From Chlorokybus atmophyticus (Eukaryota > Plantae > Mesostigma and Chlorokybus algae), in NCBI GenBank assembly GCA_009103225.1, contig RHPI01001056.1, positions 122,701 through 160,311 of the forward strand: 37,611 nucleotides of DNA, written 5' to 3'. A model generated the notes under the pieces. That model ran no database searches. It saw only the letters and a program-made list of their open reading frames with translations, and was not told the origin of the DNA. Below, piece by piece: positions 1 through 11,803 of this stretch (position 1 is the stretch's first letter; every line of letters starts with the position of its first letter). Position numbers and translations under genes: made by a program.

Positions 1-1
1 T

Positions 2-876
2 GGGCTGACCGTGCTGTGTTATCCCTCTGAGGATGAGCAGCTCAACGGCTGCTCTCTACTGCCAAATTTGTATGAGCTGAGCAACGTCGATACACCCAAT
101 GCAAAGCATGCAACAACAATGTTGTTAACGTCTATTGCCAGATGGCTACATCAAGCAGCAACTCTGCATGTTTAAGCATGATGAACAGCCTGCCCATTGG
201 CTGAGCAGCGCAATGGGTCTACCGCTCAGCTCCTCAGCAACACAAGCCGTTGAGGAGCTGAGCACATACACATGCAGCACTAGAAGTGCGGCATACTGAA
301 AGACCGCACAAGAGCTCGCCTCCCTGCCGCCCTGGGCTGGCTCAACGGCGATGTGACAGCTGCCTCCGCCGCCGCTGAAGAGCCAGCCCGCTGAGCTGGC
401 TCTGGCTGCTTCATGGCAGCCAAAGGCCAGCCTTGTACGACCTCCCTCTCCATAACCTCCAGCAGGGCGACCTCCCCGCCGTCGTCGTTGTTGTTGTTGT
501 TGTTGTTGTTTACAGCGCCCCTGGCGCTAACATTTGTTGCTCTGAGCGCTGTTTGACCCACCCACCCAACCCTAAGGGCCTAGGGGGCTCGCGCGAACCG
601 ACATGGTCGCCCATCAGCCGTCCATTTATGACCACAAACGGACGGCTGTGCGCGCGCGACACTTGTCTGGGTGCAACCGTTCGATCAGTCCCGTTGAACT
701 AGTGACCGGGCTGACCGTGCTGTGTTATCCCTCTGAGGATGAGCAGCTCAACGGCTGCTCTCTACTGCCAAATTTGTATGAGCTGAGCAACGTCGATACA
801 CCCAATGCAAAGCATGCAACAACAATGTTGTTAACGTCTATTGCCAGATGGCTACATCAAGCAGCAACTCTGCATG
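2..876. repeat. Identical 169-bp direct repeat, copies at 2-170 and 708-876
   Basis: GGGCTGACCGTGCTG...GCAACTCTGCATG occurs twice with offset 706 and no mismatch seen. The first copy may extend beyond the window start. Confidence 0.95.
487..510. repeat. (GTT)8 microsatellite
   Basis: Eight perfect GTT units preceded by GTCGTC. Confidence 0.95.
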
Positions 877-1768
877 CTTGCGTTGCTAGCGGCTGACCGT
901 GCTCTTGCCAGGCCTACGCAGCCGCGTAAGGAAGCACACTTTCTGCGGTTGGTCTTGATGACGCCTCACGTCCGTTCATCTCGCAGGCAATGCTTCATTC
1001 CTCCTGAGCAAGCCCGCCGCCGCAGCATTGTACGCCCTCCAGCCGTATGCGCATCAGGCCGAGCGCCTCTCTGTGTGTGTTGCTGCAGGCCGCAAGTCGC
1101 AGCCGATATGGTTGCATGGCAGACTACAAGCAGACAGCAACATACACAGTGCATTGCACACGCATTGTCACACGCCTGCCACTTCAAAGTATGCCAACAC
1201 AGCATACTAGTCACAGATAACGCTTTCTACGTTGTAAGGCTTAGCAGGCGCGTTGTTAGTCCCTTTGGTCATTTCAGCCATCAGCTGTCACTGGACCGGG
1301 CAGGGATGACGCCATGCAGAGTGACTACCGGGCACATGTTGCTAACGACGACTGCTAATACGTGATACAGTAGCAGAGTGCGCAGACAGTGCCATCGTGT
1401 GCCACAACGACAGTCTGGATGGGGTAGAGTTGACTTGTTGCCGTCCTTGTGCAGTGACTTGCATGGCACGTACAGCACTCTGAGTATGCTGCACTAAATT
1501 TGTGCCACCCGAATCGTGTACGGTTGTGCATTGGGCTTAGGTAAGTGCGCATGCAAGCGGAAGGTGGCCTCGTGCCTCCAACCGAGAGCTGGCTTGCCAA
1601 ATCTACTTCTTTTGTCTGTTACTACGATGCTGGCAAAGTAGCAGTGACTTTGTCATCTGTTTGCAGAAAGGCTGCAAGTTGGGACGACAAGGAAGCGTGT
1701 TTGCGTTGCAGAGTGAGCTAGCCAATATCTCTGCCAGTATCCCGCTTGTACAACTGTAAATCATACCG

Positions 1769-2315
1769 TGTCATACCATGGTATGGGACATGGTTAAATG
1801 GCATGTAGCTCCTCCAATAGTAGCGACTTTCGCTGCCGTAGCCTAGTGGTTAAGGCGCCGATGTTACAGTGGTAACGGAGCTGAGCGGCAGAGGTTCGAA
1901 TCCCACCCATATGCGGACAAGAACTGCTAGTTGCCGCGGAATTCGATCCAAGGCAATATTAGTAAATAAATGACTGAAAGCACTGCGCGGGTTCGCAACC
2001 GTTGCAGCGGTGGTACGCATGATCTACGACCGTCAGCGCGGTCGCGATCTGACGTGTCTCGGCAGCCGACGCGCAGTGTGACGAGGATCCGGTCCCATAC
2101 GGATGAGGGTTAGCTGCGGCGCGCGACTTGTGCGGCCGGGCGCGGGCAGGGCGCGGCGAGCCCAATAGGTGACGTGGGGGATGACACTAGCCCATGGGTT
2201 ATGAGTTGGGAGGAATGTCATATCATGGTATGGGACATGGTTAAATGGCATGTGGCGCCTCCTTTGGCAGCGATTTTTGCTGCCGTAGCCTGGTGGTTAA
2301 GGCGCTGATGTTACA
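1769..2315 (+). mobile_element. TRIM-like miniature LTR retroelement: 100-bp LTRs at 1769-1868 and 2216-2315, PBS-like 1870-1881, PPT-like 2208-2215
   Basis: Two gapless 100-bp direct repeats (11 mismatches by eye), both TGTCATA...TGTTACA. The first is followed by G+TGGTAACGGAGC (plant iMet PBS is TGGTATCAGAGC) and the second is preceded by GGGAGGAA. No coding capacity. Flanks TACCG/CAGCG do not form a TSD, which lowers confidence. Confidence 0.7.
1839..1903 (+). promoter_or_regulatory. tRNA-type RNA polymerase III internal promoter (A box TAGCCTAGTGG, B box GGTTCGAATCC)
   Basis: The A box with D-arm-like GCCT/AGGC starts at 1839 and a perfect B box lies at 1893-1903, with class-II-tRNA-like spacing. 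The acceptor and T stems do not pair, so this is not a functional tRNA. Confidence 0.6.
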
Positions 2316-4287
2316 CAGCGCTCACTCGCTGCCATGCCCACCCATGACGCCATAGTGCAGCCACATCAGTACCGGTATATGTGTAATGTCCTGTGTGCAC
2401 AGTACTATATACAACCCATCATGGTACGGTACACTTGTGTATATATTGGTGAAGGACGACCATACACAGCATCACACAGCACTGTCCTAGCATGCCATGC
2501 TAAGCATGCGAGTGCCATGGATGGTGGTGGTGCCAGTGGCTACATCAGCATCCGCTGCAGCACTCATGGAGCGAGGAGCACCGGCTGCGAAGGCGATGCT
2601 AGGGAAGACACCAGTGGGGAGACGGCCCCTGACGACGGAGGCCGACGCAGCACTCGTGTAGATTGGTGCCCGTGCAGCGCGAGCAAAGGATGTGTGTGAT
2701 GTGTGTTAATTGTGGAGTGTACCGACCGCGTGTGGGTTAGGAATGAGCTGCGCTGACAACTCAGCACCTGTCAGTTTACGAAAAGAATCAGAAAAAGAGA
2801 AAACTGAGGTTTCTTTATTATTTTTCTTTTTTTTGGATGCAAGAGTAATAGAGGGTTGTGTTGCACTTTATATACCCGCCGTCATCCCAGTGCTAGCGCT
2901 GTGCTATAAGTGCTATATCAAATTGGTTGTCGGGCGGTCCTTGGGAATCGCATTGAGTTCGTTTGTGCATGGCAAGTTACAGCAATAAGCTGCGTGTTAG
3001 CACTACATCAAGTTGCTGGCGGGCAGGCACTAACACAATGATCTCATTTGTACATGGTAGGCTACAGCACTAGGCGGAAAGTTTCTCATACATGGGATCG
3101 AGTGGGAATGAGGCACAGAGCTGATGGCGAGGCCCGATCAATGGTTGGCAAGATTACAAACGTGGATGCGGCACTCGCGCAGGTGGAGTGCAACTGTGCG
3201 TACGCTGTTGGCTACGTGATGTGCTATGGATGTGACAAAGCCATACCAATCCACACCAGACGGCTTGGTGAGGATTGTGTGCGCACGTGTGTAGGAAGCA
3301 ATTCACAGGAATACTCATGATGCGTACGCATATAGTGATGCCAACCACACATGTATTGCGGTGTAGGCAAAGGGCGTAGTATGACCCATGTAGGCAAGCA
3401 TATGCGACACATCGATTAATGTCCAAACGAAGTTATTGCCCCAATGTGCTATGTTGACTACATCACGTATGTTATTACTTGCTGCATCATTTGTTGTTGT
3501 ATGTGGAATTATTTTTACAAGACAAACATTCGCTATTGCGAGGAATGGAATGCGTTGATTGCTAAGCAATTTTAGAAAGCACATAACATCGAGCCAATCC
3601 ACTTGTCGTCAATCTGCTTGAATTAACGAGTGCTGTGTGCGTTGCTACGCCGGCCTATGCATCCCTTCTTGAGCGTGCTGCTGTGGGGCCCAGCTCATCG
3701 CTACCTTGCTTGTATCATTCTTGCTTTAAAACTAACTTCTGCGCCACTGCCATTGCTACGCCCACACCCTAGTCCTACTACTTAGTGTTGCTTGTGCTGT
3801 TGTGTAGCTATTGCTGCTCGCTGCCATTGTCTTGCCAATGTTTTTGCAAGAGCATGTCATGAAACATAACAACCGCGGATAATTGATAAACTTAATAAAC
3901 GCACCAACACATTGATACATAAGCTGATGCCACCAGCACCAAACTGAAGCCATTGCTCTGCAAATGTAGCACCAATTACTACTTATCTTTGCAAATATAC
4001 GATGCACGTGTTCATGGTATAAACACACAGACTCTCGACAAGTGGAAGTGAAAGAAACCAAGCTATGCTATGGGTTTATCAACTTGTTGTAATGTGCTGC
4101 TTTTGAAGTCCAGAATGCCAAAGCCTCATCGATGAAGTGTTGACTTAGCAAAACTTCCGTGCTAACGGTGTGTAAGTTGTGCCTGGAAACACAAGCCAAG
4201 ATCGTCCAGTGCGCGCTAATTTCTACATTGACATGCGCTCATTGCACACGAACTTGCAGACACGACAGTCGCTGGTTCATGCCGCCC

Positions 4288-6018
4288 CTAAGCAGGAGCC
4301 ACTTCTGAGGGAGGCAGTCTTGATGCGATGACCTCTCGCGCCTTCTTGCAGAGCTCATCCGCATTGTCCCCTTTGATGGGCGGGTGCACCACAATTGTCA
4401 CTCGGCCCGGCCTCAGCAGACTCTCCTTGCCATTTTTCATCAGCCTGCCTGTCCCGATGAGCGTGACTGGCACAATGGGTACTTTGGCCTTCTTTGCTAC
4501 ACTGAACGCACCTTTCTGCACCAGTGAAAACACGTATCTTGACTGTTGGTTCAACTGACAGAGTGGTTGCATCCTTGCACAATGCACATTATGACGGCTG
4601 AGAGCAGCTGACTTGATCATCAAGTGCTGACTGAGTCACATACCTTGAAAGCATGCATCTTGCCATCCGTCGTTCTCGTGCCTTCGGGGAAGAAGAGAAC
4701 GGAAGATCCATTGTTCAGCAACTCTTCACATTTTCTCAAGCATTCCTGTCATCCGCACGGTGTTTGTCACCTTTGCATGCGCATAGAGGCTTGCAGCAAT
4801 TCACAACAATACGCACCTAAGCATTGCACATACATATTGTGAGTATATGCTCAAAATGATACTCTGCACACAACTGCATGGATGCCAATCACGGTCTTTG
4901 CAAATCAATGGAAAACACGATGTTGCAATGCATGCAATTGTGTTGTGTGCATACCATCTGGCTTCGCTTATCTAGTCTTTTGAGCGGGACATGTCCGGTG
5001 AGGTACATGCTCCAGCCAATGATGGGGATGAGGAAGTTGCTAGTTTTGGAGATGAACTTGAACGGCCGCCACAGCCGGAAAAGAGAGTAGATGTCAAGAT
5101 AGCTCTGGTGGTTTGCCACGTACACAGCGGCCTCATCGGGCCTGGGCAGGTTCTCCGCACCCTGCACGTCCACTCTCATGAAGGGTGCCGTGCTCACAAA
5201 CGCCCACGTATCATTGCAGAAGTGCAGGAACCGGCGCCTGTACTTGTCAAGCAGTAGCGTCAAGGGCGTCGCAACAACCATCATCGCGAACAACACGCAC
5301 GCCGACGTCAAAGACACCACGTAGAACGCAATTGCTCGGAGCCGGTAAGCAAACGCTTGCAGTTGGCCTGCCAGCAAGGCACAACAACAGTTTATGCAGT
5401 GCTCAACAACAACTCCAAGCCTACAAGCACATCGGTTACAACTTGAGTCATCATGTCTTGGCTACGAACAAAGAACAGTCAGAGCATAACCCAAGTACAG
5501 CAGATTGTAGTCACCAACCTACTTTCTGTTTGGGGCTCTGCGTCTGCGTCCACCCAGCCGCCGCCAAGGCCTTCACCCGTCATGTTGGACACAGCTGCCA
5601 CAACCGTTGTACAAACCTTTGCTGACTGCTGTTGTCGCCAAGCACCATGTCGTTGCCTTGGCAGCTGCCTTCCACTCAGAAATGAAGGCCAAGCAGCCTG
5701 TTGTCGGACGCCACAACCTTCAAACAAGCCAGCTTGTAAAATGCAACACGCACTGAATGGCTTCAAGCAACTTGTGCATGCAAGGCATTATGTAACATTG
5801 GTTTGTTGGACTGTCATGTAATGCAAGCCAGCATTTGCTTCTGCCTACAAGCATGGTGCTCTTCCAAGGCAAGTCTGACCTGCAGGCGCACCATGCAAGG
5901 CTGCCGGCCGACGAATAGCTGATGTAGAAACAGCTGGAGCCGTGTGTGCAAGAGTGGATGGCTTTGCGGGTGGCACCAACGACAGCGCCGACACGCAGGG
6001 CAACGTCGCCGTCCCCAT
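4288..6018 (-). CDS. LPAT1: Plastid-type 1-acyl-sn-glycerol-3-phosphate acyltransferase (LPAAT, PlsC family). Predicted exons 6018-5880, 5732-5523, 5367-4955, 4745-4644, 4515-4288 (363 aa)
   Basis: Acyltransferase motifs NHQSYLD, FPEGTR and VPIVP are present. All four introns are GT-AG with consistent phases (1,1,0,0), giving a 1092-nt ORF. The N-terminus (MGTATLPCVSALSLVPPAKPST...) is Ser/Ala/Pro-rich and transit-peptide-like. Exons 1-2 are less certain than exons 3-5. Confidence 0.9.
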
Positions 6019-6446
6019 TTGTGCTTCACCACTGATGGCACAGGCACTTGCAACTCTGGCTTGTGCATAAACACCATCACTGCGGGTTCTTTCAGGGGCA
6101 TTGCTTGCTTACGACATTTGCAACTTGAAACACCAAACAGCTATCTCATACACGCAATTGCAAATCCGCAAGCCTTACCTGCGGTTTATCACAATGTGAC
6201 AGCTGAATGCAGCGCCGCCGCTCACCACAAGTGCTGGCCCCTGACTTATCGGACAATGCTGCCACGATAGAGCATACATTAACATACAGCACTAGGCGGT
6301 AATCTGCTTTCAGCTGAGCACTTCTCGCCTGGTAAGGGCCCGCCCAAGCAGGAGATGCCAGCAACACCACCACCGCCGATGTCATTCACATGTATAGTGG
6401 CAGGTAATTGTAATTAATGTTGCAAACCATGGTGGCATCAACAATT

Positions 6447-6517
6447 GCGCCGGTGGTCTAGTGGTAGAATAGTACCCTGCCACGGTACAGACCCGGGTTC
6501 GATTCCCGGCCGGCGCA
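6447..6517 (+). tRNA. tRNA-Gly(GCC)
   Basis: Acceptor stem GCGCCGG/CCGGCGC, anticodon arm GTACC-CTGCCAC-GGTAC, T arm CCGGG-TTCGATT-CCCGG, discriminator A. It closely matches the plant cytosolic tRNA-Gly(GCC). There is a CAA motif upstream and a T5 run at 6566-6570. Confidence 0.97.
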
Positions 6518-6632
6518 CAGTCGTCAGACAAGGCTTTGCGCCTGCAGAACCTGTTGCTAGGTTGGTTTTTGGTATGTCTTGGACCAAGACATACCAAGAC
6601 TCTTGGGCTGCACGAGTTGCGCGGCGGTAGCA

Positions 6633-6935
6633 ATGGGACCTATCTATAACACCATTCGATTTAAGTTACGTGTACTAGGTAATCCAAATTTGACTAGTAG
6701 GTTTTCACTCCACAACATCATCAACACTATTAACTTGCTGTGTTGCGTATGGTTATAAATGTACAATCATTCATTCGTGTAACACACATGGGACCTATCT
6801 ATAATACCATTCGATTTAAGTTACGTGTACTAGGTAATCCAAATTTGACTAATAGGTTTTCACTCCACAACATCATAAACACTATTAACTTGCTGTGTTG
6901 CGTATGGTTATAAATGTACAATCATTCATTCGTGT
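6633..6935. repeat. AT-rich tandem duplication, 155-bp period, 2 copies
   Basis: ATGGGACCTATCTATAA... starts at 6633 and 6788, with about 3 substitutions between copies. Confidence 0.93.
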
Positions 6936-6986
6936 GAAACACGCAGAATCAAGGGTCGTGCAGTAAGATTCTTTTGTATGTCGTGG

Positions 6987-7400
6987 GCTGCACGAGTTGC
7001 TCAGCAAGTTATGAGAAGCTATATACAATTTAAAACAGTGCTGATTGCTGCACAAAACGTGCAGTCCAAGACATGTAACAAACCTTAGTGCATGACCTTA
7101 TTTCTGCATGTGTAACCCTGAATATACATATTGTAATCTGTGTCCTCTTGTATCAACGACGATAGCTTTGTCAATGATAGCATATAATCGCTGCACGAGT
7201 TGCTCAGGAAGTAGTGCTGAGAAGCTATATACAATGCAATTCAAGTCAGTGCTGATTGCTGCACAAAACGTGTAGTCCAAGACATGTAACAAACCTTGGT
7301 GCATGACTTCATTCCTGCATGTGTAACCCTAAATATACAGATTTTTTATTGTGTCCTCCTACATAAACGATGATAGCTCTGTTATTAATAGCATATAATT
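6987..7400. repeat. Diverged tandem duplication, ~205-bp period, 2 copies
   Basis: GCTGCACGAGTTGCTCAG...GATAGC...GCATATAAT units start at 6987 and 7190. The GGGCTGCACGAGTTGC motif also occurs at 6605-6620. Confidence 0.85.
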
Positions 7401-8766
7401 GCTGAAACTCTAGTAATCGATTGTACATCCCTAACCATAATATGCAATGCTGCATTTTCGTAATGTGAATGACTGATGCTGTGGAATGCATTACCACCGG
7501 TCAAACCTGAATTATTTGGTACACGTTATTTATGTTGCAATTACGCGTAATCCACCTAACACTTACCGATGAATGTTTTACCTACAATATATTAAATGAA
7601 TTGGTTTGCAGTATTGCATGTTAATATTGCAATCGTAATATTCTACGTGAGTATGACAGGTTATTCGTTGCGGTATCGTTATAATATTACCTGTAAGTGG
7701 TATCTACCACTTACAAACCTGCTAGTCAGCTCGGCAAACTTATGCACAAGCATAATGGACATACAGATGAAGCCCCCATTAGCAGCACCTCGCAGGGACA
7801 GTTGCAGCTCAACACCAAGGGAGGAGAGGATGGCCACCAACCTCTAGACACAGGTCCATCCCCAGGCACACACACGCCCAACACACCCACAATACCACAA
7901 CATCACACCCCACAAGGGATCAGGGGGTGAGCCCCTTTGACAGCTAACAACCAGGCACCCCACGCATAGGTGGCCCTCTTGCAAGGTGAACACACACTGC
8001 TGTGTTTATTAATACTAGTCCGATCCCTACTCAAGAATGCAACTTAATATTTATACCACATGCTGCTCTCCCGACCTAGCACACAGGATGTTCACAGAGG
8101 CCTTATCACTATGCGCTGACCTTGTCCCAACATCGTGTCATGCTAACTACCCTCGCATGCCAATTCGCCTCGACATGCCTACATCCTGACCCAGGTCCAT
8201 TAGCGCTATTAGCATGAAGACCGCGCGCGCCCTAACTTACTGCTAGCTACTTCGTACTTCATGTAGCATGCAGCTAGGGCTACTCTATAGACCTCTTTAT
8301 AGGGACCGCGCGTAGCTCATTATCTAGGAATCTGTCATCAGCTCATGTGCTATATCACGTGTTAGGGGATTTTCGCAATAGCATAAGGCCTGGATGTGAC
8401 CGTTGGCCTAGTGCCCGCATGGCACTGCACATTCACAATTTGACATGTATAAGTAAGAAGTCATGTCACTGAACTCGCTGGTGACACTGTGGGTGAGTAA
8501 GGACTCTGACTTTGAAAGCCCGTAAAGCCACTTGAACTAGAAGCACGCCATCCCGGTTGCCAAGAACTGCCTTACTGCAAGAAACTCCCTTACATGGATG
8601 CGCTTGACATCAGCATTGACGGATGCAACGGCCTGTGTGCTTGTAGACGCCTCTTCGATGTTGCTGCATTAAAACCAGGTCAGAGCACAAACACGAAATA
8701 GTAGTGTCGTAGACCGCAGTGGACAGTGCGGCCTATGACACACAAATACTCCTAGACTGACTACTG

Positions 8767-9720
8767 CTAACTTTGGCCAAGGGTTACCTGGAGTTGTGGC
8801 ACTTGCTGTTGAAGGTTTTGGACCAAGCCTTTAATCAACTTGGCTATGTTGCTAGCATTGGCGACTCCTGAACCTGCAGCTGCGATGCCGTCTTCCACCT
8901 TCTTCTTCTTGCGAGCGTCGTCATCATTGCCGTCACCATCGCGGTCATCATCGCCACTGCTTTGAAAACCGGTACGTTTAAAGAGGCTTATGCTATGATC
9001 ACTGCCTTTGTGATCGCTGGCTTCATTATCGCTGGAGTCATCAACACTGCTGGCTTCATGATGACCCCAAGCAGGTTCATCACCACCTGCAGGTTCATCA
9101 CCTCCAACAGGTTCCAGAACCCCTCCCAATGCTGCAAGTGCAGCAGCAGCAGCAGCGGAGGCAAGAGCAGCATCAGCAGTAGCTTGAGAAGGATCGCTAG
9201 AGGCAGACGTACCAGGAGCAGCAGCAAGAATGCCTGGCCAAGGATGGTTGCACTCCCACTTGTGGATGAGGTATGCGCGCAAAGACTTGTTATTCTCAGC
9301 CCACTCAAGATCCAAAAAATGGATGGTCTTCATCTGTTCTTCCAGCCAAACTTCTCGCTTCCGTTCCTCCGAGTAGCAATGGCGTTGATGCGTAGCTGGC
9401 GTGTCTCCCACTCCGCCTTGTTGCGATGCTGCAACTGAGGTTGCTTAGCCTGCCACCGTGCAGTTGTATTCTGGGCGTTTTAAACATTGGTGTGCACAGC
9501 AGCTATCTGCTCCTCAGTCAACCAATGTCGCCTGCTTTCATCGACACCATTGCGCAGCATAGACATGATGGTCTTCTCGATTCTTAACTGATAATCCTGC
9601 TCCTTCAGCCTTCCAGCTGATTTGCAGCCCGTGTTACCATGGCGCCCAAAGTGGCAATCTCTTGAAGGCCTTGGCGAATTGCAGTCTCTGCCTTACGGTG
9701 CACTTCCTTGGTAAGTTTCT
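8767..9720 (-). pseudogene. Decayed coding exon(s) for a coiled-coil/acidic low-complexity protein, probably the 3' part of the SET-domain pseudogene
   Basis: Protein-like reading across two frameshifts and a TAA: KLTKEVHRKAETAIRQGLQEIA.../LKEQDYQLRIEKTIMSMLR.../EVWLEEQMKTIHFLDLEW...DDDARKKKKVED. It follows an AG acceptor. No family recognised. Confidence 0.5.
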
Positions 9721-9762
9721 ACAAATCATAACCACCAGTTGGAACAAGTTTAACACCCAAAC

Positions 9763-11803
9763 TGTTGAAGGTATTACATGGGTGATGCTTGTATCCGGTC
9801 AGCTTGCCCTTCATACAGGAGTCGAAGGTACTAGGAAGAAGCGCGTGGGCTCCAGACTTAGCAAGACGGTCGAGTCATGACGGACTCCGGACCAGGCTGC
9901 TTGGTAGAGCCTTGGGAGAAGTCGCGTAGCTTCGTCGATACGTAAGCTTAGCAGGCGTGGCTTAGCTTGTTGGAAAGCTCTGGTTGTGAGCTAGACAGCG
10001 TAGCTTACAGAACAGCAATCAGCTGAGTTTAGCGCACGCGGTGCTTGCCAATGTAGACGTGTGTAGAGACTGGCGGGGTATAAAGCCCAGACTTGTTGCA
10101 ATGAAGAAAAGAGAGGTCACGATGTAGCATGTGTGCGGATGCTATGGCAGCAGTAGCAGTCATGCTCTTGTGTTGATGTTGTTGGCGTGTCACTTGCACG
10201 TGTGTATGTCAACAGGTTATGGGCCCACACATGCTTGTGTAGGTTGATGGAGTGTGTTACAATTGTATGTGTAGCTGTAGTTGCTTTGTGGTAGTGCGGG
10301 GTTGTGAGGTCTGTGAGCACAGAGGGCAACCAACCAAGGCCACCAGCATGGACGGCTTGAAGATCGCGATTGAACTACTGGACGTTGACGACTACAACAC
10401 TTGGAGTGTGATGATGGAGCTACTACTGGCCCACAAGGAGATGCGGAAATACATGGACCAAGAGGAGGAGATGATGGAGATCTTCTGATGACTGAAGAAG
10501 AGTACGTGAAGTACTTGGAAGAGGAGGCGTCCTTGGTACGTGGGAGCTGAAGATGTCAGCTCGTGTTGCTGAGTGCGAGGAATACTTGGTGGAGCGTGGT
10601 GAAGCGCTTTGAGGAATGCGAGGCAACCCGTGGTAAGCACGTTGATGTGCTTGGTGGAAGGAAGGGGAGTAGATGCCAACCCTTGAGGTCGAGCACGGTG
10701 GAGTGTTTGATGGACCTTCCGAGAAGGGGAGCGAGGGCAGTCCTTGGTAAAGCACGGTAAAGTGCTTGGTACTTTGGTTGAAGCATGTGGAGTGCTTGGC
10801 TGAAGGTGCATGCGAGGAAGCGAGATGAGCATCCTGGAAGCGTGATCGCTTGGAAGCTGGACATGGAGCATCCTGGAGGCGTGAAGCTTGGAGGCTATAT
10901 GCAGAAGCATGTGGACGTGGACATGAAGATGGCCATGGTGTGCGCAAGGTTGCTGCATTGACAAGGGTGGTTGAGGATGGAGTTGCAAGATACCACAAGG
11001 TCATGAGCAACAAGGAGGCACAAGTAGGTTGCGATTGCGGTCCCGTGGGAGCTGCAAGTGGTGGAAAGCAAGTTGACCAGAGGAGTCATGGGCTGATACC
11101 AGAGGCGGAGGCACTGTCAACAAGGACAGATGCAGCGGGTGCATGAAGGCAACATGTATGTACAGCAAGGAGCAAGGTTGGTGGTCAACCATGAGGCTCG
11201 AGTTGCTGTGGAAGTGAACGACTTCAAGGTCATCCATGAGAAGCATGGAGGCGTGAGAAAAAACGTGAAGGCTTGCTTGAGAGCAAGCGGTGTGCGTGAG
11301 TAATGGAGGAGCTGATGTTGAAGGACAAGCTGCCCGCGTGGGAGTGTTGAAGGTATTACATGGGTGATGCTTGTATTCGGTCAGCTTGCCCTTCATACAG
11401 GAGTCGAGGGTCGAAGGTACTAGGAAGAAGCGCGTGGGCTCTAGACTTAGCAAGACGGTCGAGTCAGGACGGACTCCGGACCAGGCTGCTTGGTAGAGCC
11501 TTGGGAGAAATTGCGTAGCTTCGTGGATACGTAAGCTTAGCAGGCGTGGCTTAGCTTGTTGGAAAGCTCTGGTTATGAGCTAGACAGCGTAGCTTACAGA
11601 ACAGCAATCAGCTGAGTATAGCGCACGCGGTGCTTGCCAATGTAAACGTGTGTAGAGACTGGCGGGGTATAAAGCCCAGACTTGTTGCAATGAAGAAAAG
11701 AGAGGTCACGATGTAGCATGTGTGTGGATGCTATGACAGCAGTAGCAGTCATGCTCTTGTGTTGATGTTGTTGGCGTGTCACTTGCACGTGTGTATGTAA
11801 ACA
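9763..11803 (+). mobile_element. Non-autonomous Ty1/copia-type LTR element (2041 bp): LTRs 9763-10214 and 11345-11803, TSD CAAAC, truncated gag remnant
   Basis: TGTTGAAG...AACA LTRs (12 substitutions plus a 7-bp indel), CAAAC at 9758-9762 and 11804-11808, and PBS GGTTATGGGCCC at 10215. 10348-10488 encodes MDGLKIAIELLDVDDYNTWSVMMELLLAHKEMRKYMD, resembling the Gag N-terminus of the Copia at 30986. No pol. Confidence 0.93.

Noticed and set aside
27-60. Hammerhead ribozyme (CTGAGGA followed by a 7-bp stem)
   Set aside because: The required GAAA after stem II is absent (TCTACT instead) and no stems I/III were found.
565-590. Telomeric repeat (CCCTAA / TAGGG)
   Set aside because: Isolated single hexamers with no array.
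1832-1910. Functional tRNA gene
   Set aside because: A and B boxes are present, but the acceptor stem, T stem and anticodon arm do not pair canonically.
1769-2315. Retrozyme (hammerhead-containing TRIM)
   Set aside because: No CTGANGA...GAAA core in either LTR.
2334-4230. Short ORFs downstream of LPAT1 as genes
   Set aside because: No recognisable motifs, many alternative starts and no consistent exon chain.
5814-6101. Alternative LPAT1 start at ATG 6101 (MPLKEP... ORF)
   Set aside because: This frame does not splice in phase to the next exon at the GTCAGA donor, whereas ATG 6018 does and gives a transit-peptide-like sequence.
10392-11453. ~200-aa minus-strand ORFs inside the non-autonomous LTR element
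   Set aside because: They are shadows of a purine-rich repetitive plus strand and contain no domains.
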